Source: Methanotrichaceae archaeon (GTDB lineage: Archaea > Halobacteriota > Methanosarcinia > Methanotrichales > Methanotrichaceae). From it: a DNA stretch of 64,000 bases. This document shows positions 31,906 through 40,108 of the stretch, one piece after another. The position numbers and the translations under genes were made by a program. The stretch is from NCBI GenBank assembly GCA_963803145.1, contig CAWDLW010000008.1, forward strand, positions 160,001-224,000, given 5' to 3'. Position 1 is the first letter of the stretch, and every line of letters starts with the position of its first letter. The notes below the pieces were generated by a model that worked only from the letters and a program-made list of their open reading frames with translations, made no database searches and was not told the DNA's origin.

Positions 31906-32709
31906 TTAATGAATTATTACAAGCAGATAAGCTGCTATGGAGAACGCCATCAGCAGAATGACATAGTCTCTTAGTACCATTGGCTGAACATCTGTTGCTG
32001 CAATATATGTTCCATTATATCCCCTTGACTCCATTGCTTTGCTCACCCTCTCTGCCCGATCGTAAGATCTGATAAAAACAAGCGCAAAGATCTCTGCAAA
32101 GGTCCGGCTCTGCCTTCTCATGCTCTTTATAAACCCTCCACCCCTCGATTTAAAGGCCCTGATGATGGAGTCCACCATGCTCAATGTTACAAAGAGGAAC
32201 CTATAGGACATCAGAAATATCTGGTCTATCGGAGAAGGAAATATCCTGTAAATCATAGTCGAAAGATGGGCATACCTCGTAGTCATGAGTAGCAGGAGAG
32301 AAGCGGTCATGGATATCAGAGCTTTCAATAGAAGCCTTATCACCAGCAATAAGCCCTTATCCGTCAGGGTCAAAGATAACCAAGAGGTATGCAAAGAAAT
32401 CAACTGTATGCCAGGCTCATTCCATATCAATAGAATGACGAGAGATAAAACAAACAAAACCGGCAAAAGATACCAGTTAAATAAGTTTTTCAGAGGTAGG
32501 CCAGAGCGCCAATACAATGCCAGTATGGAAATATACAAAGCTGCTAGCAGAACAACGTTTTGGGCGGTGGTCAAGACTAGAATAGTGGCAATGAGTGCTA
32601 TTAGCTTCATCCAAGGGCTGGTCTTGGAGAGCAATGAACGGCCATTCTCACTGTAATAGGTAATGAGATCAAGATCTGGGATATGGCCTGATGCTTGTGA
32701 TTTGCTCAT
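31906..32709 (-). CDS. cbiQ: ECF transporter T component
   Basis: YRFLF, KSRGG, RSYDRAERVSKAMESRGY; ATG at 32709 preferred. Confidence 0.88.
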   Translation of the reverse strand: MSKSQASGHIPDLDLITYYSENGRSLLSKTSPWMKLIALIATILVLTTAQNVVLLAALYISILALYWRSGLPLKNLFNWYLLPVLFVLSLVILLIWNEPGIQLISLHTSWLSLTLTDKGLLLVIRLLLKALISMTASLLLLMTTRYAHLSTMIYRIFPSPIDQIFLMSYRFLFVTLSMVDSIIRAFKSRGGGFIKSMRRQSRTFAEIFALVFIRSYDRAERVSKAMESRGYNGTYIAATDVQPMVLRDYVILLMAFSIAAYLLVIIH

Positions 32710-32741
32710 GGGTAATCGTATATGTTTAAGATAAATCTCCT

Positions 32742-33176
32742 CTAATCTCCAGCAGGACAGCAGCAACAGGTGTCATGGTGTATCTTTCCGCATACGCCCA
32801 TAGTAGGATGCCCCAAAGAGGCACACATTTTATCTATCACGTCTTTGGGCACATATCCTTCGAACTTAGAGGCAGTTTCGCAGGCCTCATTGCTCGATAG
32901 CCCGTAACGGCTCAATATCAGGCCGAGGATTCTATGTCGCCTAACCAGAAACTCAGCGTAATCTCTTCCATGCTCGGTTAAAGTTATTCCTCTATATGGT
33001 ATATGCAATATCAAGCCAGTAGTGGCTAATTCGTTGATGCTCTTGGTTATCGTTGAAGGGTCAACTTTAAACCAAGAAGATATATCCGTGGTCTTTACAG
33101 GCCCCCTCTGTTCCAGGATATACTTCAAATACTCGTTCTTTTTGGGTGAAAGTTCTAACCCGGTGATATCCTTCAT
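32742..33176 (-). CDS. DtxR/MntR-family metal-dependent repressor
   Basis: EYLKYI, PYRGITLTEHG, RRHRIL; C-terminal HHDTCCCC. Confidence 0.9.
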   Translation of the reverse strand: MKDITGLELSPKKNEYLKYILEQRGPVKTTDISSWFKVDPSTITKSINELATTGLILHIPYRGITLTEHGRDYAEFLVRRHRILGLILSRYGLSSNEACETASKFEGYVPKDVIDKMCASLGHPTMGVCGKIHHDTCCCCPAGD

Positions 33177-33210
33177 AACTTGTCATGTTTATCCAGGGCC
33201 TTAAATAACT

Positions 33211-33227
33211 TTTGGGTATATGCCAAA
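33211..33227. promoter_or_regulatory. TTTGG-N7-CCAAA site upstream of dtxR-cbiQO
   Basis: tttgggtatatgccaaa next to a TATA-like ttatttaa. Confidence 0.65.
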
Positions 33228-33380
33228 TTTTGAGGATATATTATGAGCCGTACCAAAGAGCAATTTTCTTGCGATTCCATCATCTGCTTTGGTGGCTACA
33301 TCTAATGGATCGGCCTTGACAATCTCAGTCATAACTGAAGAAACTATTTATAGAAATCATAAGCAATAATACGTTATTGG

Positions 33381-33899
33381 GTGATATCAACGAGTGTTAA
33401 GTTTATTATGATTTTGATAGCGCTGACTATATTATATATGCCAGTATTAGGGCAAGAAAACACAGCTGATTACTGGAACAATAATGGTGTAAATCTTTCT
33501 AGAGCAGGTCAATACAATGAGGCTCTTGCAGCATTTGATAAGGCCATCGAACTAAACAAATCATATGTTCAAGCCTGGAGCAACAAAGGAAACGCTTTGA
33601 ATGAATTAGGCAAGCACGATGATGCCATTAATGCATATGATAATGCTATCAAAATAAATCCCGAATATGATGCAGCATGGTATAATAAAGGCTTGACTCT
33701 TGACGCTATCGGCAAGCACGACGAAGCTGTCAATGCATATGATAATGCAATCAAGATAAATCCGGAATATGCAGAAGCCTGGTACCACAAAGGCATTGCT
33801 CTCCTAGTACTAGGTCGCTTCACCGAGTCAAAGGATGCATTCGCTAAAGCCCAGAATCTAGGATATACAGAGCTACCTCCTGTGAACGAATCCGCTTGA
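33381..33899 (+). CDS. secreted TPR protein
   Basis: Signal peptide; four AW.NKG-type TPR repeats. Confidence 0.9.
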   Translation: MISTSVKFIMILIALTILYMPVLGQENTADYWNNNGVNLSRAGQYNEALAAFDKAIELNKSYVQAWSNKGNALNELGKHDDAINAYDNAIKINPEYDAAWYNKGLTLDAIGKHDEAVNAYDNAIKINPEYAEAWYHKGIALLVLGRFTESKDAFAKAQNLGYTELPPVNESA

Positions 33900-34109
33900 T
33901 AATTGTTTATTGCGAGCATACATAAACTCGAAACAACTGAACATTCCTGAAGCAACTGCAGTGAACTATCGCGTCCTGAATGGATATGGAGATTGGCAGT
34001 CCTTTTTGGATTGCTAGCTACTTAAGGGTTATAAAATCGTAAATTGGCAAAAACGTCACCGGTAGGTGCAGTCTTTGCCTGATTAGTTGTTGGAACGATT
34101 GCGTTTATT

Positions 34110-34820
34110 CTAGTATGCAGAGTAGCCCGTTTGGCCGTCCATCGTGTAGCCGCCGTAGTTCGAATTGCAGGGCATCATGCTCTTGCATTTCTCATCGGGC
34201 TTCTTTTCCATGGGCTTCTTCTCTTCTACCTTCTTCTCCTCCGGCTTCTTTACTTCTAACTGTACCTCTGCGGGTTTCTTCTCTTCTACCTTCTTGTTAT
34301 CCTCGCAAACAACTACACACTGCTTCTCTTCCTTCTCGAAAGTCATTGGCTGTTCAGATTCGCAGCATACGGTAACGCACTTCTCGCATTCCCTGTTGAA
34401 ATTGCACTTCTCGCCGCATTTATCGCAGTTTCCATCAAAGTAGTGCGAGTAGCCGCATGCATCGCACATCTCCCAGCCATAGCAATCTGATCCGCAAGTA
34501 TCACAGCGTCCATCTGGATTATCTGTGGCGTATGTCTTATGGCACTTGGGGCAATACTCATATGCGTGGCACTTTTCTCCACATTTGTCGCATTTCCCGT
34601 CGAATGTATACTTCTCATTACATTTATCGCAGGATTCTACAACGCAACATTTCTCGTTGGTCTTATCTTTACACGTATCTTGGGAATAGCTTGCGCCCGA
34701 TGAATGTGAATTATCGCTCGAGCCGGATGCGTACGAATTGTCCTGTGTGCCGTATTGGGCTGACGCAAAAGATACCATGGCTGCCACTGATATCAGCAGC
34801 AAAATCAATATTTTCTTCAC
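34110..34820 (-). CDS. secreted Cys-rich tandem-CxxC protein B
   Basis: Signal peptide; about 26 Cys (hand count); same FDG.CDKCG..C..Y.YCPKC units as protein A; EEKKP-rich tail. Confidence 0.82.
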   Translation of the reverse strand: MKKILILLLISVAAMVSFASAQYGTQDNSYASGSSDNSHSSGASYSQDTCKDKTNEKCCVVESCDKCNEKYTFDGKCDKCGEKCHAYEYCPKCHKTYATDNPDGRCDTCGSDCYGWEMCDACGYSHYFDGNCDKCGEKCNFNRECEKCVTVCCESEQPMTFEKEEKQCVVVCEDNKKVEEKKPAEVQLEVKKPEEKKVEEKKPMEKKPDEKCKSMMPCNSNYGGYTMDGQTGYSAY

Positions 34821-35129
34821 GTTTTACATACCTCAAAGGTTTTTGGTATATAATCGTAAACCAATGAATTAAAAACTATAGTAATATTAAATTAGTATTC
34901 TAATTAAAATCTATCGCTCCTTATTAAAATTACTTATATAGTTTATTAAAAAGTCGTTAATATTAAAAATCTATCTTCGAAATATGGTTATTGACACCGG
35001 ATAGAGTATTTCTCGGCCTCTTCCTGTAGTTTTATATATCGTTTTCATATTTGTCTGGTAGACTATCCTTGTCTTGCTTGCGCCACTTACACAAATTATG
35101 ATCGGATTTGTTGTCTCTATGTATCACGT

Positions 35130-35169
35130 TTTAGGGCAACCGAAAGACATATATTTAGGCCAACCTTAA
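35130..35169. promoter_or_regulatory. two DtxR/IdeR-like boxes upstream of dtxR-feoA/feoB
   Basis: tttagggcaaccgaaa 35130-35145 and tttaggccaaccttaa 35154-35169. Confidence 0.6.
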
Positions 35170-35176
35170 CGTCAGC

Positions 35177-35875
35177 GTGATGCCCAAAGAACAGGTTGAA
35201 GAGTATATCGAGGCGATCTTTGATATTGCCGGAAAGGATGGCACAGCCAAAACTCTGGAAGTTGCAAAGAGGCTTAACAACGCCCCAGCAAGTGTGACCG
35301 AAGTATTCCAGAGCATGGCTCAGAACGGCCTTGTGCAATACGAGCCATACAAGGGCGTATCTCTAACAGAGAAAGGTACCGAAGCTGCGATGAAGATCAA
35401 AAGAAAGCATAGGCTCCTCGAAGTATTTTTGACAGAGATATTACACATAGACCCCGAGAAAGTCCATGACGAAGCATGCAAGATGGAACACTGCATCTCT
35501 GATGATGTTGGCGATGCCATTTGCAAGATGCTTGACGCTCCCGCCAGATGCCCCAGTGGAAAGCCGATTTACCTTTGTGAAAAAGGAATAGAGACCTGTA
35601 ACGAGTGCAACAAGGTGGCAGAAAAAGACAAGCTTGTCCATAGGGCGGTTCTGCCCATAACCGACTTAAAACCCTGTCAAAAAGGAATCATAGCCTTTCT
35701 TAGAGGAGGCCGAAAAGCAATTCAGAGGCTTTCGGACCTCGGCCTCACACCCGGAACTGAGGTAACTCTGTTAAGGAAGACGCCCTTACGGGGACCCATT
35801 GAACTGTCGGTGAGGAGGACGTCACTAGCGGTAGGACACGACATCGCTGACAATATCTTTGTTGAGGCCACATGA
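35177..35875 (+). CDS. DtxR-family repressor with C-terminal FeoA domain
   Basis: EEYIEAI, RKHRLLEVFL, EACKMEH, RLSDLGLTPG. Confidence 0.93.
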   Translation: MMPKEQVEEYIEAIFDIAGKDGTAKTLEVAKRLNNAPASVTEVFQSMAQNGLVQYEPYKGVSLTEKGTEAAMKIKRKHRLLEVFLTEILHIDPEKVHDEACKMEHCISDDVGDAICKMLDAPARCPSGKPIYLCEKGIETCNECNKVAEKDKLVHRAVLPITDLKPCQKGIIAFLRGGRKAIQRLSDLGLTPGTEVTLLRKTPLRGPIELSVRRTSLAVGHDIADNIFVEAT

Positions 35876-37857
35876 GTAAGGCCGAGGTGCCAGTCTTCAC
35901 GAGCTGCACATCTTCTCAGAGCTTGAAAAAAGATGTAAAAGATATAGATCTCACTGTGGCTCTTGCCGGCAACGCCAATGTGGGAAAGAGCGCGGTATTC
36001 AACCAGCTGACAGGTGTTGACCAGATCATAGGCAACTGGCCAGGAAAGACCGTCGAACGGGCAGAGGGAATGCTTGCCCATAAAGGATTAAAAATCAAGA
36101 TCATAGACCTGCCGGGGATCTACTCCTTCTCAACCTACTCAATGGAAGAGATGGTTTCAAGGGATTTTATCGCCCTGGAGAAGCCGGATATTGTGGTCAA
36201 CGTCGTGGATGCATCGGCTCTCGAGAGAAACCTGTTCTTTACAATCCAGCTTCTTGAGCTGAATGCTAACATGATAATCGCCCTCAACCAGATAGATCTC
36301 ATGGAGAAGAAAGGGATCTCCATAGATTACGATAAGCTGGGTGAGCTTTTGAAAGTTCCTGTTGTTCCAACGGTTGCAATAAAGGGAAAAGGCATTTCAG
36401 AGCTGACTGAACAGATAGTGAAGCTGGCTCGGGAAAGAAGAGCCCCTCCGGAGATCAAATATGGGAGAGAAGTAGAGCAGAGAATAAAGAAGCTTTCAGT
36501 TTTACTCGAAAAAGTCGAGATCAATTATCCTCGCAGGTGGCTGGCCATAAAGCTTCTTGAAAGGGACGAGGAAATCACGAAACTCGTCAAAGGGCTCGAT
36601 GGAAGCATCGTCCAAGCTGCAGTGACCCTGGCAGAGGAGATCGAGAAGATCCATGGAGAACCCAGCAGTGTGGTCATAAGTGCCGAACGATACAAAATTG
36701 CAGACGAGATCGCAATAGCGGTTCAGAAGATCCATACCGAAGAGGAATCGCTGACAGACAAGCTTGATAGAATTGCGTTGCATCCAGTCCTTGGATATTT
36801 GGTGATATTAGCAGTAATAGGCGGCCTATTAATATGGACATTCATTATTGGAGATGGGATCTCCAGAGTTCTCGCAGACGTATTCAGCTCCATAGAGCAG
36901 TATGAGCCTGTTATCTCAGGTCCACTCGGAGATATCATCTGGAATGGGGCCTTCACAGGCTTTGTTGCAGGCATAACTCTCATCGTTCCATATGTGCTGC
37001 CATTCTACATCATACTGGCAGCAATCGAGGATTCAGGTTACCTGACCAGGATATCCCTCATGCTTGACAGGGGAATGCATAAGCTGGGGCTGCACGGCAA
37101 AGCGATTATCCCCATGATCCTGGGATACGGATGCAACGTGCCTGCTTGCTTCTCCTGCAGGATAATGGAGACCCCAAAACAGAAGCTTTTGGCAGCATTT
37201 CTAGTTACTCTGGTACCATGCACTGCCAGAACTGTGGTAATCTTAGGATTAGTGGCAAAATTCGTCAGCGTTTGGTGGGCTATGGCATTATATGTTTTCG
37301 ATATAGCCCTCATCATTCTCCTGGGAAGGGTTGCGTTCAAGATTGTACCTGGAGAATCGGTCGGCCTTATCATGGAGATGCCAAGCTATCATACCCCGTC
37401 AGCGAAAGTTGTGCTGAAGCAGACCTGGGCCCGGACGAAATCGCTCATATGGGTAGTCTTCCCTGCATATATCATCGGCAGCGCAGCGCTTCAGGCTTTT
37501 TATGCTGCAGGATGGCTGAATCCGATTAATGAGGTCTTGAGCCCGGTTACAGTGGGATGGCTGGGGCTTCCGGCTGCTGTAGGCATCCTGCTCATATTCG
37601 GTGTGGTAAGAAAGGAGCTAACAATCCTGATGCTGGCAGTGATATTTCAGACAACGAACTTTGGGTCCGTCATGTCTCCAGTGCAACTGATAGTCCTCGC
37701 ACTTGTGTCAATGATTTACATTCCCTGCCTGGCTATGATCCTCAGCCTCGCAAGAGAGTTCGGATGGAAGAAGGCGTCAGCAATCGCCGTCTTTGAGGTG
37801 GTATTTGCAATCTTCCTTGGCGGGATCATGTTTCGTTTGTTAAGCTTAATTATTTAG
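35872..37857 (+). CDS. feoB: ferrous iron transporter B
   Basis: GNANVGKS, GNWPGKTVE, DLPG, EDSGY, GYGCNVPA, YIPC. Confidence 0.96.
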   Translation: MSKAEVPVFTSCTSSQSLKKDVKDIDLTVALAGNANVGKSAVFNQLTGVDQIIGNWPGKTVERAEGMLAHKGLKIKIIDLPGIYSFSTYSMEEMVSRDFIALEKPDIVVNVVDASALERNLFFTIQLLELNANMIIALNQIDLMEKKGISIDYDKLGELLKVPVVPTVAIKGKGISELTEQIVKLARERRAPPEIKYGREVEQRIKKLSVLLEKVEINYPRRWLAIKLLERDEEITKLVKGLDGSIVQAAVTLAEEIEKIHGEPSSVVISAERYKIADEIAIAVQKIHTEEESLTDKLDRIALHPVLGYLVILAVIGGLLIWTFIIGDGISRVLADVFSSIEQYEPVISGPLGDIIWNGAFTGFVAGITLIVPYVLPFYIILAAIEDSGYLTRISLMLDRGMHKLGLHGKAIIPMILGYGCNVPACFSCRIMETPKQKLLAAFLVTLVPCTARTVVILGLVAKFVSVWWAMALYVFDIALIILLGRVAFKIVPGESVGLIMEMPSYHTPSAKVVLKQTWARTKSLIWVVFPAYIIGSAALQAFYAAGWLNPINEVLSPVTVGWLGLPAAVGILLIFGVVRKELTILMLAVIFQTTNFGSVMSPVQLIVLALVSMIYIPCLAMILSLAREFGWKKASAIAVFEVVFAIFLGGIMFRLLSLII

Positions 37858-38064
37858 GCTCTTTAGGCCTGTGCTGATATCCCGTGAGCTTCATGGATAG
37901 CTAATCTGCTAATCTATATACTTACTGGATTATAAAAAAAGGGCTTTTCCACATAGTGTTAGGGCACTTTTGCATTGCATGCTCGACGGATTAAACGCTT
38001 ACATTACCTTTTGTTATGTTACTGCTATATGTCGAGTTATTGCCCTATGTCATATTACTTCTGT

Positions 38065-38961
38065 TTAATATGTTGCTGCTATAGTTGTACTATTATCCAG
38101 GGGCTGATTATCAATCCAATTCTGCCATGAATAAAGCAAGGCATCATAACCCAAGAGCTTCAATGAAAACCATACTACAGATGCCTTGACACCAGTATCT
38201 GTGAACACAACTACTGGTCGGTCTTTACTCAGGTTGATAAATGCTTTTTCTAAGCCCGTTTCGTTTTTAATTTTGTGACCATCGAGCACATTATCATAGG
38301 GTATACTGATGGCTCCGGGTATTGAACCTGCTTCGAATTCTTCAGGAAGTCTTGCATCTACAATCTGGGCCTTGTCGTCTTTTACGTATTCGTATGTGGC
38401 AAAGAGATCCGTTGTGAGATTCGGCGTGTAGTTTGTGCTTGGCCTGATTGCGGATTCGTTGGATGTTGGACCTCCTGCTGCGGCCCAATCCTCCACGGTT
38501 CCATCAAGCACCCTTATGTCCTTCTGTCCTAGACACTTCATCATCCAATAGATGTAAGTCGCAGGTGCAGGTCCGCCGCCGCATGCGAGGCACTCACCGT
38601 ATACTACAACTTTGTCATTACTTGATATTCCCGCATTTCCCAAGATCTGGGCGACCTCGGGCACTGATTTCAGAAGCCCTCCGCCAAGGATGAATTCCGT
38701 ATAGGGAATGACTACTGAGCCCTTTATATGCTTTGTAGAGTTCTGGCTGATATCAAACAGTACATCTGAGTTCGAGACATCGGAGATGGGTAGAAGCATT
38801 TTCTCGAACTTATCGCTTCTATCGGATGTGATATTGCCCTTGTCAAAATTCCCTATAAGATAACTCTCATTTTGGAAATGTGTGCCGCATACCAGAACAG
38901 TCAACGCTAGGAGCAATACGAATATGCCCAACAGCCAATACTGTAGCTTAGTCGGTTTCAT
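38065..38961 (-). CDS. tandem rhodanese-domain protein, N-terminally anchored or secreted
   Basis: HIKGSV, VVVYG, LDG, IVDAR...GSIPGAI; hydrophobic N-terminus. Confidence 0.85.
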   Translation of the reverse strand: MKPTKLQYWLLGIFVLLLALTVLVCGTHFQNESYLIGNFDKGNITSDRSDKFEKMLLPISDVSNSDVLFDISQNSTKHIKGSVVIPYTEFILGGGLLKSVPEVAQILGNAGISSNDKVVVYGECLACGGGPAPATYIYWMMKCLGQKDIRVLDGTVEDWAAAGGPTSNESAIRPSTNYTPNLTTDLFATYEYVKDDKAQIVDARLPEEFEAGSIPGAISIPYDNVLDGHKIKNETGLEKAFINLSKDRPVVVFTDTGVKASVVWFSLKLLGYDALLYSWQNWIDNQPLDNSTTIAATY

Positions 38962-39140
38962 AAATTATCACTCTACTCCCAATCCGCATTTATCCATCTG
39001 CCAATAATACATGCTCTCATGATTAGGTGTGGTGATAGGTATATAAAACTTACTTAGAATATTTAGTAGATCTTAATAATGTTAATAAAAATGAATAAAA
39101 GTGTAGATTTATAGATTCTGTAGGTCTAGAGATTCATACG

Positions 39141-39626
39141 CTATTGGGGAATTACTTTTGCGCTTATTATCTTTACTTCCTTCAGCGGCTTATCTCTAAA
39201 ATCCTTCTTGACCTTGCCGATTTTATCAATGACATCCATGCCCTCGATCACTTTTCCGAAGGCTGGATGAGCCTTATCCAGATAATTGTTATCTACCAGA
39301 TTGATGAAGAACTGGCTTCCGCCTGTGTTGGGACCGGCGTTGGCCATGGCTATTGTTCCCCGGTTGTTGCGGTTGTGATCCGTGAACTCGTCCTTGATTG
39401 TGTATCCAGGCCCTCCAGTGCCGGTTCCTGTTGGGTCTCCTCCCTGGATCATGAAGCTGTCGATTACTCTGTGAAAAATCGTGCCGTCGTAGAAGCCGCT
39501 CTCCACGAGCTTCTTGAAGTTGCCTGCTGTGATCGGCATGTCATCATAAAGCTGGATAGTTATATCGCCCATGCTGGTCTTCAGTAAGACCTTGGTCGAA
39601 TTTGCCTGTGTACTGTTATCTGCCAT
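39141..39626 (-). CDS. cyclophilin-type peptidyl-prolyl isomerase
   Basis: FHRVIDSFMIQGGDP, AMANAGPNTGGSQFFI. Confidence 0.96.
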   Translation of the reverse strand: MADNSTQANSTKVLLKTSMGDITIQLYDDMPITAGNFKKLVESGFYDGTIFHRVIDSFMIQGGDPTGTGTGGPGYTIKDEFTDHNRNNRGTIAMANAGPNTGGSQFFINLVDNNYLDKAHPAFGKVIEGMDVIDKIGKVKKDFRDKPLKEVKIISAKVIPQ

Positions 39627-39818
39627 ATTCCTGCTCCAATGATATCCCTATATGGGGCTCGAAAATAAATAGACTATTGTACTCCGCTTTATCACTGATA
39701 AAGTCTATACCTAAATGAAGTTAAGCCTTTCCTCTAAAGAGGATGTGGGATTGTGAGCTTGAAAATTATATGCTTGGATATGTAATTTAGAGAAGCTCTA
39801 TGATAAATTACGAGGATA

Positions 39819-40088
39819 TTATCCATCATTCTTTACTGCTCTGCCCTCATCCACAACTATATAGTCCTTGATAGCAGAAACGGAATCGAAGGGAATCAGC
39901 ACATACTTGCCATCTTCTCTATATTTATTCCGAGGCAGCTCTGAATCGGGCTTGACCACAAGATCGATCAGCTCTCCAGTTTCGACGTCAAAGACCATGT
40001 TCTCCAGTTCTCCAAGCACAGTGCCGTCGACGTTCACAATCTCCATGCCTGCGATACTACCTGCAAATACCTTGGACAATCCCCTCAC
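39819..40088 (-). CDS. PRC-barrel domain protein
   Basis: G.EIVNVDG..LG.LE...D.ETGE...L.V; IPFDSVSAIKDYIVV. Confidence 0.88.
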   Translation of the reverse strand: MRGLSKVFAGSIAGMEIVNVDGTVLGELENMVFDVETGELIDLVVKPDSELPRNKYREDGKYVLIPFDSVSAIKDYIVVDEGRAVKNDG

Positions 40089-40108
40089 CGTTCCCTATTA
40101 TACAATCC

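Noticed and set aside
33570-33800. 102-bp direct repeats
   Set aside because: Explained by TPR coding repeats
33961-33995. gtgaactatcgcgtcctgaatgga resembles an IS200/IS605-type end
   Set aside because: Too degenerate; no hairpin partner or tnpA/tnpB nearby
34110-34820. CPKCH as a heme c motif (multiheme cytochrome)
   Set aside because: Single occurrence; the equivalent positions in the paralog are CPKCG and CPKCN
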